A stretch of DNA of 52,558 bases from Octopus bimaculoides (Eukaryota). A program made the translations under genes and the position numbers. This document shows, one piece after another, positions 12,050-24,573 of this stretch. The notes below the pieces were generated by a model, which worked only from the letters and a program-made list of their open reading frames with translations, was not told where the DNA came from and did not search any database. The stretch lies in the NCBI RefSeq assembly GCF_001194135.2, contig NC_068993.1:33543558-33596115 (forward strand). Reading direction: 5' to 3'. Position 1 is the first letter of the stretch. Each line of letters opens with the position of its first letter.

Positions 12050-12470
12050 TCAACATTTTGCTATGCACTACTGTCATTATAATAATAACTGTTGATAATT
12101 TAGAACGTATGGCCAACATCGGTCTTAATATGCGACTGGTGCTTTATTTTATCAACTCAAAAAGTAAGGCTGACTTCAGCAAGATTTGAACTTAATACGT
12201 AAAAAAGCTGGAACTAATACAAGGCATTTTCCCAGTCTTTAACGATTCTTCCAACTCTATACCCTTTGCATTATAATAGTGGTTTCAAAATTTGTCACAG
12301 GACCAGCAGTTTTTGAGGGGAGGGGAAGTCGATTTCATTGACGCCAGTACTTGACTGGTACTTATTTTATCGACCTCGAAAGGATGAAAGGCAAAGTCAT
12401 CCTCGACGAAATTTATACTTAAAATACAAAGACGGATAAAATACCGCTAAGCATTTTATCCGCCTTTGCA
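12050..12470 (-). mobile_element. Two tandem diverged SINE family A copies
   Basis: The second copy contains GACTGGTACTTATTTTATCGACCTCGAAAGGATGAAAGGCAAAGTC; the first is more decayed. Confidence 0.7.
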
Positions 12471-13049
12471 TTATAATAATTCTTATCAGATAGGCATATG
12501 GCCACCGATACGTAAGGAAATGAAATCTGTCGATTGAACTGACCCATTACATGAATGATATTTATTTTATCAATGCTATTGCAATCAAATTCTTTTTGTA
12601 GAACAGAAGGAAGTGGGTGAAGATTATAGGACTCCTTCATTCCGTTCCCCTATTGTTAATCCATTGCAGAATGATAGCCTTGGCTTACCGTGGTCGGCCT
12701 ATCTCTGCCTTTTGTAGACCACTCTATCTATGATCACCTAGTGTGAGTTGCACGGCGTGCTCCCATGGTAAGGGGACTAACTCTGTCTACTGGCAACTGA
12801 GTGGAAATTGAACCTTTAATGTAAAGCTCGAGAATAGATATTTGAAGGCATCTTGGCTAACGTTCCAATAATTCCAAGAATCCACCGGCTTTGACTGATA
12901 TTTTTTGTATCTACTCTGAAAGTGTAAAGAACAAATTTGATCTTGGTGGTATTTGAACCGACAGTGTAGAAAGCCCGTACAAACCGCTCAAGCTGTTCTC
13001 TCCGATGCTCCAATAACCCTGCTAAGTCGCTGCCTTGTTACAGTTAAAA

Positions 13050-13870
13050 ATGCCCTCAGCTGCTCAGATAGCCACCCTTGCTAGCTATGCAGATGATACA
13101 AAAGTTTCTCAGACAATGCGTGACCTAGACATTGGCATGAGCATAGATGCATCTTTCTAAATGCCTATTACCAATTTGGTAATAAGAGTCAAACGGCTAG
13201 CTGGATGGATCCTTTGCAATTTCAAAACAAGTGAAAAGGAGACAATGATGGTCCTTTGGAGGGCATACGTCCTCAGCCGTTTGGAGTACTGTTCCCAACT
13301 ATGGTCACTACACAATATAAAATTAACGGCGGAACTCGAAGCAATCCAACAAAGCTACATAAAGAAAATCGTCTCAATGCAACGTATCAGCTACTGGGAA
13401 AGACTGAAAGAATTAAAACTCTTCTCCCTAGAATGAAGGCGGGAAAGATATGCAGTAGCATACATCTGGAAAATCCTGGAAGGCCTTGTACCAGACTTTG
13501 GCGCTGAAAGTTACACAAACAGCAGAACAGGTCGCCACTGCAAAGTGCCAAAAATCCCAGCATCGGTCTCAAAATGCAGGACCAGATAGTGCAACAGTTT
13601 GGATTTCAAGGCCTCACAGCTCTTCAATATCCTTCCGAAATGTCTGAGAGACCTACATCATGTGGATATAGGTGTCTTCAAAACAAAACTGGATCTTCTC
13701 CCGTGAAGGGTTCCAGATGAGTCTACCTCACGGCAGGAAACACAGATGAGGGCAGCAGCATTAAACACCCTCATTCACCAAATGCTACATATCAGGAGGC
13801 TTCAAATAATGGCGTAGCACAGTCAAGGTGGTGCCCCAGCATGACCACAACTTTGAAGCAAAAACAATTT
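13050..13870 (+). mobile_element. CR1/L2-group LINE, 3' fragment with internal deletion
   Basis: Reads LASYADDTK, then AGWILCNFKT..YVLSRLEYCSQLWS..ELEAIQ..SYWERLKELKLFSLE*RRERY..WKILEGLVP..SQLFNILPKCLR..FKTKLD, followed by a 3' UTR and A-rich tail. Confidence 0.9.
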
Positions 13871-14033
13871 AAAGAAAGAAAAAAAGAAAATATATTTATT
13901 ATTTCCCTTATTTATCCACTAAACCTATACACTCATAAACATACACATGCCTATATACACACATGCATACTAACATACATGCATACAGACAGACAGACAT
14001 GCACTCATACATATATGCCACACACACACACAC

Positions 14034-14069
<36 letters not shown>

Positions 14070-14219
14070 GTCGTTGACATTGTAATGCCAGTTTCGAGCT
14101 AAGAGTCGACCTTTTGCGCAGACTCTCGATCTCCTAGAAATAGTTGTCTATATCTCCATCAAAACAAACCCTGCCGTCTAATAAATTGAAAAAGACATTG
14201 AAAAAAAAATTGGGGATAT

Positions 14220-14434
14220 ATTCTTTTCTACTCTAGGCACAAGGCCCGAAATTTTTGGGGAGGGGGCCAGTCGATTAATCGACCCCATTACGTAACTGAT
14301 ACTTAATTTACCGACCCCGAAAAGGTGAAAAGCAAAGTCGACCTCGGCGGAATTTGAACTCAGAAAGTAAAGACAGACGAAATACCGCCTAGCATTTCGC
14401 CCGGCGTGCTAACGTTTCTGCCAGCTCACCGCTT
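14220..14434 (-). mobile_element. Young full-length SINE family A copy with 16-bp TSD
   Basis: AAATTGGGGATATATT occurs at 14207-14222 and 14436-14451. The head has a B-box GAGTTCAAATTCC on the minus strand. Confidence 0.92.
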
Positions 14435-15145
14435 TAAATTGGGGATATATTACGACGTAAAGATCACAGTTGAAACGCCATTGATTTTGTGAATTCACAG
14501 GCCTTATTTAGGGCTATACAACAAAAACAAGGAAAACAACAGAAGCCAAATCTACAGCAACTCATATACAACTGTCTCAAATAATCCAGGTAGCTGCGAA
14601 AAGACGTGAGTTTCACGTTCTGTCCGATCACAGCTCGTTTGGAACTGGTCTTCAGTGATGCCGACAACTACGACGATGACAACAACAGCAACAACAACAA
14701 CAACAGATGTCCTCCGTGTATAACACAAACCAAACATTTTTATTACGACTGTAGTTAAGGTCAGGATTTAAAAAAAAAATTGGTCGAAATATATTTCAAT
14801 ATGAAATAACCTCATTAATCACTTTATTTAAATAATTAATTGCAAACAAATCTACCCGAATGAGTATGACACTTTTCCCCAAATGTATCTTCGCCCCTGA
14901 TACACATATTCTCTCACACACACATACTCTCTCTTTCTGTCTGTCTGTCTGTCTCTCTATATATGTATTTATGTGCATATATATATATATATATATATAT
15001 GCGTATGTGTGTGTGTCTATGTGTGTGTATATATGTATTTACATATGTATGCATGTGCGTGTGTATGTATCTATGTGTGTAATTATGTGTGTGTGTACGT
15101 TCAATAAATAACATTGTAATGTCATGTGTATCTTGTTGCACACAC

Positions 15146-15181
<36 letters not shown>

Positions 15182-15194
15182 ACACACACACTCA

Positions 15195-15570
15195 AAGGAG
15201 TGATGGACTGGCAGAATCATTAGAACGTCGAACAAAATACCCCACGAAATTTAATTACGCCCCTTTGCTTGTTCTGCATTCAAATCCCGCAGTTCAACTT
15301 TGGTTTTCATTATTTCGAGGACAACAAAATAAAGTGTACCAGTCAAATATTGGAGTTGATTTTTGTAAGTAGCAGAATTGTTAGCATGTCGAACAAAATG
15401 CTTTACTGCATTTCTTCCGGGTCTTTATATTCTGAGTTCAAATCGCGCCGGAATCAACTGTGCCGTTTACCATTCAATGGACGATAAAATGGAGTACACA
15501 TCAAGTACTGGGGTTGATAGCATCAACTAACTCCCATCCCTTAAACTTGCTGGTTTTGTATCTGAATAAG
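15195..15570 (+). mobile_element. Two tandem diverged SINE family A copies
   Basis: Two heads (GGCAGAATCATTAG, AGCAGAATTGTTAG) each followed by (C/G)TTCAAATC. Confidence 0.7.
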
Positions 15571-16444
15571 AAACAATCAGTTTGGTTACTAAGTCCTACT
15601 ATTTCCTATACTGGAGGTTTAACTATTATTTCTTGTAGTATTTGCGAATATGTAGAGGCTCATGTTTGTGATACTCTCCGTTTGGACATTAGAAGTAGAG
15701 GCGAAGTAAATACTAGCTTCTCTCCGGTTTCGAAACTGATTAGCCATGCTGGCACAGTAGCAGATTATTTCTGACTCTACACCGCTCGGCCAACCGTCGA
15801 GTACTAATGACAATGAACTCACATTCTTCCAGTTCTGAGAGTTTTGTACTTTTCCAGTGTACACAACACTTCAGGAAGATAACATGACAAAAAGCTTGTT
15901 CATTGTTGTCCAATTTTGGCAAGATAACATTTCTAAAGCAACCCAGAACGAAATTAATGATTTTTTTTTGTTCGTAATTATATTTGCTTAGTTTTATATT
16001 CTTTTCTTTGATAGTAAAAAAAAGTGTGTGTGTGTGNNNNNNNNNNGTTTTCTATGTCATGTTCTTTCTATGGCTAATGTTTGTACAACCTTAGCTCGTA
16101 GTCATCTTTCGCGTTTTATACTACTACATTATTTCAATATGAACTTACCCAGCAATAGCTAACGTGGTGTGTACTTGCCTAGGATCTTCCACCCCTTTTT
16201 ATGACTCTCTTTCTTTTTTTTTTAACTTTATTTGTTTTGTTATAGCAGAAAGGCATTTAGATTTGACATCAATATTGTTAGTCGAATAGAAAAGAAAGAG
16301 GACACCTATTGATTGTCAAGAAAGAGAACTTAGCAAATTCAGAGCAGAAACATAATCGTTTTACAACCGGCTTTTTCGCAATCGTTACGGGAAAATCAAT
16401 CTGTCAATATCCTTCCTCAACACCCGGAATGCAATATGTCAACT

Positions 16445-16910
16445 AATATTGGTTTCAAATTTTGGTACAAGGCCAGCAAGTTCGGTAGTGGGAGTAAGTC
16501 AATCATATCAACCCCAGTCCACAACCGGTACTTATTTTATTGAACCTGCGAGGATGTAAAGCAAAGTCAACCTTGGCGGCATTTGAACTCAACGAAAAGA
16601 CGGACGAAATGCCGTTAAGTATCCAACACGGTGTGTTAACCAGCTCGTCGTCTTTATGTCTGAACTAATATTGGTTTCAAATTTTGGCACAAGGCCAGCA
16701 AGTTCGGGAGAGACGGAGTAAGTCAATTACATTGATCTCACAGGTTTTTATATTATCAGCCCAGAAAGGATGAAAGGCAAAGTCGACCTCAGAACATAAA
16801 GACGGACGAAATACCGCGAAGCATTTTGCCCGGCGTGTTAACCATTTTGCCCGGCGTGTTAACCATTTTGCCCGGCGTGTTAACCATTTTATCAGTTCGC
16901 CGCTTTTATG
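16445..16910 (-). mobile_element. Tandem pair of SINE family A copies; the second carries a 21-bp triplication
   Basis: Both start AACTAATATTGGTTTCAAATTTTGG(T/C)ACAAGGCCAGCAAG. (CATTTTGCCCGGCGTGTTAAC)x3 lies at 16822-16884. Confidence 0.88.
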
Positions 16911-17063
16911 TCTGAACTACTATTGCTTTTTGGAAGAGAAATACAACTTTATGATCGAAGAAGACTTTTAAGGTCCACCACAAAACAGTTAATTAAGATT
17001 TGTAGAAATTACATGGATTTTAAAAGTTGAAGGGTTATTGGAAATGCGTGGCACAATTAAACA

Positions 17064-17238
17064 ATATATCTATAACCTTTACTTTATTAGTGATTCGCTA
17101 ATAAAGGATATATCCCTAATATATCTAACAAAGGACATATATATAATCTTAATTTTATTAGTGACGTGCTAATGAAGGATATGTCACTGATATTTCTAAT
17201 ACAGAATATATTTATAACCTCTTACTTTATTAGTGACA
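17064..17238. repeat. Degenerate ~70-bp tandem repeat (~2.5 units)
   Basis: TTTATTAGTGA recurs three times with similar flanks (ATAACCT..ACTTT, GCTAAT(A/G)AAGGATAT). Confidence 0.65.
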
Positions 17239-17254
17239 TATACTCTACAATGCA

Positions 17255-17645
17255 TAAGCCTCTACATGGTCACTTCATTTGCTAGAAATAGCAGAAAAAT
17301 CACCTTAAACTCACACCTTACGTTCCTGCTAAAGTCCATGTTAGGTATTGGTGTTAAATTTTTTGGAATGGTTACGGCTGGAGTCTCTTTGATCCTAGAT
17401 CTGCTCGATTAGTTTTGACCTGTAGTTAAACAAGATCATACTTAGGAAATCTCCATATAAGGTGTTTGACCTACAAGAAATATCATCTGAATTTTCCTCT
17501 TTCTCTCTCCCCCACCTCTAGAAATTTTACTGCCATGTGGTCCTGAATACATTTTGCCTGAAAGAAGAGGAGAGAGGTCACTACTGGAAAGTTTTTGATC
17601 AGATGACTGTTAAGTCAAAGCTGACCCGGGGCTATACGACAACCA
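17255..17645 (+). mobile_element. Two decayed copies of a further interspersed repeat (SINE-like family D)
   Basis: 17370-17430 and 17575-17640 align with each other (GGT.AC..CTGGA...TTTGATC..TGACC.G..G.TA). CTAGAAATAG segments at 17282 and ~14134 are similar. Confidence 0.35.
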
Positions 17646-18130
17646 AAACATCAGCAATAATTTTATTTTCCCGCCTTAAAGTCCTACACTCATCGAAACC
17701 TGCTAAAATCTGCTTCCTCACAGTTTTAGAACAAATCGGAGTAGACACACATGATAAGGTGGCAAAAAAAGAAACGAAAAAACAAAGCAAAACAGATGAG
17801 CTATATAGATAGTGAGGTTAGATCATATGTATTTATTAAATATATGCACATACACTCTGAGATTACATTCTGTAAATTTTTTAACTGTATTTACAATTTA
17901 TGCGTACATGTACTGTCATAGAATATTACTTAATCAATGAGGTGTCAACAAATGTACTGATAGGCAAGTGATCGGAATTAGACCGTCTTACTCATAGCAT
18001 TTTTCCTGTGAAGCTATCTTAAGCATTCGCTTTCAGTAGGACTGCGTCGATACTTTTACTTTTCTTAAGCCATCTCGTCTATTCTCAAACCAGATGAGAA
18101 TAGACGAGTTGTTGTTCGTTCAGTTCTGAA

Positions 18131-18333
<203 letters not shown>

Positions 18334-18441
18334 GAGGAGCGAAAAACAATGAGATCTTCAAATGTTTTAACCACTTGCGCAAAATACGCAACATGGTTTA
18401 GAAGATATATGTTGAGGAAGTGCTTGCTAGTAATATATAGG

Positions 18442-19375
18442 AACGGAAGGCGGCGAGCAGAATCGTTAGCACGCCGGGGGAAAATACTTAGCGGCATTTC
18501 GTCCGTCTTTACGTTCTAAATTCAAATTCCGCCGAGGTCGCATTTGCCATCCATTCTTTCGAGGTCGATAAAATACGTACCAGTTGGGGACTGGGGTCGA
18601 TCAATCGACTCAGCCCTCCCCCGGAATTGATGACCTTGCGCCAAATTTGAAGCCAATATTATATTCGTGTAAAAGGTGGTGAGCTGGCAGAATCGTTACT
18701 ACGCCGGACAAAATGCTTAGCGGCATTTCATTCGATTTTACATTCTGAGTTAAAATTCCGCAGAGGCTGACACTACCGTTCATCCGTTCGAGAGTCGATA
18801 AAGTAAATACCAGTTGATCACTAGGGTCAATGTAATCGACTTACCTCCTCCCCAAAACTGCTGGTCTGTGCAAAGTTATATATGTGTGAAGGTATGTGTG
18901 AAGGTGTGTATTTCTACGTGTAAGCTGTGATCTAGAGTGACACAGCATTGTTTAGGGAGAAATGTTAAATATTGATTTCAAATTTTGGCATAAGCCCAGC
19001 AAATTTGGGGAAGGGTTAAGACGATTACATTGACCCCAGTTTTCGTCTGATACTTATCGACCCTGAAAGAATGAAAGACAAAGTCGACTTCGATGGAATT
19101 TTAACTCAGAAAGTAAAGATGGACGAATGCCACGAAGCGTTTGCCCGACGTGCTAACGATTCTTTTCTACTCTAGGCGCAAGGCCCGAAATTATTTGGGG
19201 AGGGGGCCAGTCGATTAGATCGACCCAGTACGCAACTGGTACTTAATTTATCGATCCCGAAAGGATGAAAGGCGAAGTCGACCTTGGCGGAATTTGAACT
19301 CAGAATGTAAAGACAGACGAAATACCGCTAAGCATTTCGCCCGGCGTGCTAACGTTTCTGCCAGCTCGCTGCCTT
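18442..19375. mobile_element. Cluster of four SINE family A copies (two plus: 18442-18870; two minus: 18968-19375)
   Basis: Four homologous modules; 19159-19375 is nearly identical to 14220-14434. Confidence 0.88.
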
Positions 19376-19595
19376 AGACATGCTAAATATTAATAAGAAT
19401 TAGGACAAGAATTGAACTCTTACTTAAAAAAATTAATCAACTCTGATAATTGGGGTAGAAACGCACATTATCAGCGTGTCAAGTAAACACGCACACATCT
19501 GGCTTCATTGTTACGTATACACACACGTATATGCATGCGTGTTAATATGTGTATACATATGTACGTTTATGTATACATATATGTATCTATGTATG

Positions 19596-19652
<57 letters not shown>

Positions 19653-19919
19653 ATATATATATATATATAAAACGTACACTTCACACCGTTACAATTCGAG
19701 TATTTAGTTTCTCTTCAAACACTCGAAGAGCAGCATACATACACATACACAAGCATTCGAACGGGCTCTTATATACAGATACAAAGCACAGTATACGTAC
19801 ATAGATGTGTGTGTGTTTGTGTGTGTGTGCATATATATATATATATAAACACATATGAATACGTGCGTGTACATGTATGAAAGTGGATATATATCTTTGT
19901 TTATATATNNNNNNNNNNT

Positions 19920-19955
<36 letters not shown>

Positions 19956-20265
19956 CCGTAAACAGATATCTATGATTTTCACATGTGCCAATGAAGAATT
20001 CAGCCGTATCTTTGCAACTGACTTGAATTTAAATGTTCGACAGATGTGCTTTATAAACCGTCTTGGAGTCTTTTATGATGAATCAGCAGTAGATTGGGTT
20101 TTAATCGTAAACAATTTTTAAAATGACCCCTTTGCCATTTAACTTGTAAACCTATTTCATATCACTTATATTTCCTTGTTTGGCATATTACTGAATAACA
20201 CCCATATATATACATACATATATGCACATATATATACATACATATATATAATTATACGTACATAC

Positions 20266-20340
<75 letters not shown>

Positions 20341-20597
20341 AAAGTATGCATGTGTCTAGTTATATATCCGTTACACACGTATATATATGTTTAAAAATAA
20401 GTATGGGGAACACCCTATACATTTGGGTGTTCTAAAGGAAGAAATCCACACATGATTGGGAACAGAGACATGTACATATATACATAGATACATAAATAGA
20501 TAGATAGATACATACACACACACACGCACACATATATATTTATATACTTGTATAGGTGTTCATGAATGTATGAGTATGTGTACATAGATAGTGTGTA

Positions 20598-20655
<58 letters not shown>

Positions 20656-20771
20656 NNNNNNNNNNATATATACACATACATACACACATGTATATAAATA
20701 TATATAGATATATACGCATACATAGCTATATATATATATATACATACTGCATATACATAAAGAAAAAGGTA

Positions 20772-20819
20772 GTCTTACAGCTGTTTCAGGGATATAGAAA
20801 ATGTCTCATCATCAGAGAC
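20772..20819 (-). ncRNA. Minimal type I hammerhead ribozyme motif (PLE-type) with intact core
   Basis: The minus strand reads GUCU-CUGAUGA-U-GAGA(cauuuucuaua)UCCC-U-GAAA-CAGCUG-UA-AGAC. It has stem I GUCU/AGAC, palindromic stem III ACAGCUGU and a GUA triplet; stem II has one A.C mismatch. Confidence 0.75.
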
Positions 20820-21130
20820 AATGCGAGAGAGTTAAATAGAAGGAGATTGTAGAGTTCAATATAAGAAGTTATTCTGGAAAGGGAGAGATGTAGGAAGTAC
20901 AAAGGGAAATATGAGAATATATGCATATATATTTGTGTGTGTATGTGTGTGTGAGAGAGGGATAGAGAGAGAGTGTGTGTGTTTGCGTGTGTTGGATGTT
21001 AAAGTTGCCGTTCCATTATCCAAGGAATGTGCCGTGTAGAATGGGTAAAGAGACTTCTTGTCCATGGTATGTAAATTCCGGTTGGAGTTCATATTTTGTT
21101 AGGACAAATGGATAGCGTGCAGATATTAAT
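20820..21130 (-). mobile_element. Probable decayed PLE 3' end upstream of the HHR
   Basis: Pyrimidine-rich UTR-like tract on the minus strand. QEVSLPILHGTFLG*WNGNF (21001-21060) loosely resembles the PLE GIY-YIG end E..LI..LGT..P.G.N..F. Confidence 0.35.
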
Positions 21131-21475
21131 TCCACATGCTGTTCATTCAACATGTACAAATGTAGAGTAAATGAAAATTTGAGAATATACTGGTAGGGGG
21201 AAGTAGATGGAGAGAAGGAAATAGATAAGTATGTTAGAAGGAAGTAAAATGGTATTGGTCAAAAGGATTAGGGGAGGAAAGAAGAAAGAAAGAAAGAAAG
21301 AAAGAAAGGAGGAACAGAAAAGGAAAAAAGGAGTACTAGCTGGCGGTCAAGATATTGTGATGGGGTGGGGAGAAGAGAGTTACCAGTAGATAAAAGGAAT
21401 AGGAGGAAGGATAGAAGGAAGAGATAAGAATTTAATGAAGGGATATGTGTCAATATAGATAGATAGATAGATAGG

Positions 21476-21510
<35 letters not shown>

Positions 21511-21825
21511 GTAGGTAGATAGATAGATAGATAGATAGATAGATATAGATATAAGACGATACTGACGTGCTGGTCTCTCTCTCCTGTTCCCCACTCTCCC
21601 TATTCATAAAGAAATCTCTGTATATATATGTGTGTATGTATGTGCATGTGTGTGCGTGTGTGTTTGTGTGTGTACATATACGTATCACTGAATATATAGA
21701 TATTCACCATTTTCAACCCATATACTTCTCTATATTAATTGATCTACATTATTGACTTTCTTTCCAGTATTCCACAATTTCACTCACTAAGCCCCTTGTC
21801 CCGTATACCCTCAACCCATCTAGTA

Positions 21826-21830
21826 CTACC

Positions 21831-21883
<53 letters not shown>

Positions 21884-21905
21884 AAGTAGTCGTAGCAGTA
21901 GTAGG
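21826..21905. repeat. (AGT)n microsatellite
   Basis: Directly visible; gives the poly-V/poly-L ORFs. Confidence 0.96.
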
Positions 21906-22087
21906 AGGAGGAGTGTTGCGGGCAACGTTAAACTTACTTTATGACCTGATTCCAATTGCGCTATTTATTACTTCATTAACCGATTTTTCGTAGCGCTTCA
22001 CACGGTACAATACGAATGAGACATACCTCGTTACATCTACACACACGTGCATATGTATGTGTGTGTGCTTGTATGTGTGTGTGCTTG

Positions 22088-22143
<56 letters not shown>

Positions 22144-22439
22144 TATACGTATGTATGCGTATTTATATCTCTCTCTCTCTTTATATATATATATGATATC
22201 TGCATTGTATCAGGTGTACTACATTCCTTCATTCCATTCTATATTTCTTTCCCAAAGGCACTGTTGTCGTAGCTCTAATGAATGCGAATATAACGGAAGT
22301 GGAAGTTCAAAATTATGGTTGCCTTGTTTGAAATTCATCTTTACCTCTGTCATTCCAGGTAGCTTAGTAAAATTGTTTTGTATGTTCGTGTATTCCCCAG
22401 AGAGTTAGTGTCTTTTCCTTTTTTTTTTCCAGATTCTCA

Positions 22440-23526
22440 AATTGGGTTATAACCAGAACCAATCGTCACTTTCCACAAAGTCTCTTTGATTATACTCATG
22501 AGGAGGGAAATAAAATAGTTAAAGGAATTGGTTCCAATTATTGGTATCAATGAAAATCCTACTCTCTAAGAGCATTGGATTTTCTTTGGTGCCGAGATTA
22601 GCGTGTTCAGTAACGAATGATTTGAAAGATGAAGAAAGGAAATTTTGTGATCTTAACGAAGGAAATGCATCTCAATTTCAGCGTTAACTTACTGATCTGC
22701 TGGTTGCCATTCTGAGTAACAAGAAAATCTATTTTAAAAAACCAGTATATTGAGAAAACCTGCATACTGACGACTACGGCATTGCCTCTGTCCTTATTTT
22801 AGCATCTGGAGTAACATCAAAATGGTAACGTCCAGAAGCAGATGTTTAACAAGAATGAATTTTCAAACGGCTAATAGAACGCTGTTGCTGTTCCGTGACG
22901 AATCTGAACATATGACATCATTTCAGAGAAATGTACAGTTGACAAGCATCATACAGACTTGTATAAAGATCCTGTGTTAGAAATCTGGATGAATTTTTCC
23001 GCTTTGGGTTTTCTTCATATCCAGTGATACTCTCTTCAGAGGAGACATGCAATTTCTTCGCTAAGTCAAATTTGTTAGAATGCATTATGGAAACTCTGTA
23101 GCCAATAATGGAAATTAATGCACCATGGCAGCTAATGACCTGACTCGAAATGGAGAATTAGTGGCATTCAGTAGTTTACAGTTCTTTATTATTGATTATT
23201 GGGAACTAATTCACTTTTCGGTAAAGGTTTATGAAGAATATTTAAAAAAAATTTTATCCCTAAGGATAAAAAAAAAAGTAGCAAGAATAACCATGAAAGA
23301 ACAATTCTATCACGATAATTCTATCAAATACTCAATGCAGGCAATGGCACTCCTAATTCCACATCTTGTCGAAGAATTTGCAGTTGCCGTTAGTACTTCA
23401 AAGATTATTCTGCAGTTTGCTTGCAGGCTGTAATTCTATGAATCTTGTACTGCACTGACGATGCTAAAGTTGATTCTATCATCATACAACCAGGAACATC
23501 ACTCCATGAGTGATGCCGTGGATGTG
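22440..23526 (+). pseudogene. Decayed transposase-like ORF, probably Academ(X)-type DNA transposon
   Basis: Colinear frameshifted motifs: NWVITRTNRHF..FDYTHEEGNKIVKG, IIGINENPTL*EHWIFFGAEI, RNLDEFFRFGFSSYPVILS, KSNLLECI, FIIDYWELIH, YHDNSIK and YNQEHH. Confidence 0.55.
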
Positions 23527-23568
23527 TATCTCAAAAGAAATTAATCAACAACAGCTCTCTATTTAAAG

Positions 23569-23766
23569 CGGTGTTTCTCAGCCATTTTTTGCCTGGATCA
23601 CCTTTTTGATTCCTATTTTAATCGGATTGACCTTCATAACTATTCGAAAATTGTTAAAATGTTTTGTGTATTGTAGAAGCAAAATCAATTTATTGCACAT
23701 AAATTTTAACAATAAAATCTTACATGGAGCCCAAAGGGTCATATGAGCCCCGGTTGAGAACCACTG
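23569..23766. mobile_element. hAT (Charlie-like) MITE
   Basis: Terminal inverted repeats CGGTGTTTCTCAGCC / GGTTGAGAACCACTG (12/15 match). The 8-bp TSD is poorly preserved. Confidence 0.7.
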
Positions 23767-24573
23767 ATATAAGCAATGCAGTTTTGGGAGTAACAAAGAA
23801 GGGGCCCTAGTGATGAGAACAAAATCAGTCGCTTTTATCTCTCGGTCATCACAGATTAACAATAAAGCCAGTACCAGCATTCTTTTCGCCTCTCATCCAC
23901 TCCTCCCTCTCTGCTTCTCTATCCCTCCCCTTCTCTGTGATTATGATGAAGAATTATTTTTTAAAGCTCAATTTACTCAATAGCTGAAAACCTCTTATAA
24001 ATATAATTCTAACAGAAATAAGCACCAGCACGTTGATAACCCACCAACATTCACTACGTCAAGATGATTGCGCTCTAGGTGAGCCAACGGCACTGTTTTA
24101 CGAAACTCATTCCTCATCACCGCCACTAAAATTGTAGCATCGACTTCTTGATGAGTCGTTGCGCATTCTCTATAATTAAATATATGATTTAGGTAAAATG
24201 AAATTTCACTTCTTCTTCCGTTTCTGCTTACTCTATGTTTCCTCTCATGTACTTTAGCAACCCAACTTATAGTTCCACCGCATTTCACGCTGAAGTTAAT
24301 TTTCATTAACTTTCTAAGACAGCTTTTACTTCGTGTTGACATATACAGGAATCGTTTCGTTCCTTTGTTCGTTCCTGGACGAGTTATATACCTACCGTTT
24401 ACGATGTCAACAACCAGTATCTATTGTGCGACTACAGGAGTAACAGGCTTTGGTTCAGCAGCGGCTGATATGGTAAATAGTAGCAAGAACAACTTGATGC
24501 CACACCAAGAAACATGGAGTAAATATTCTGTTAGCATTATGTGGTGTACAGGAGATTCAATATATCTATTTAT

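Noticed and set aside
14220-14434. tRNA gene calls for SINE heads
   Set aside because: A/B-box-like motifs are present, but there is no complete cloverleaf, and they continue into SINE bodies with TSDs.
14600-14660. Minus-strand CUGAAGA..GAAACUCACGUC
   Set aside because: Stem I cannot close and stem II is not formed; a chance match.
15814-15859. 46-nt minus-strand exon candidate ending in GTGAGT
   Set aside because: Weak acceptor (GAAG), no homology and opposite strand to the 10053 candidate; similar pseudo-exons also occur near 7920, 8637 and 49910.
23995-24342. 115-aa minus-strand ORF in non-repeat sequence
   Set aside because: No recognisable domain or splice support; the length is attainable by chance.
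24421-24464. Possible minus-strand terminal exon (AAEPKPVTPVVAQ*) behind a TATCAG acceptor
   Set aside because: Only 44 nt, with no recognisable homology and no compatible upstream exon identified.
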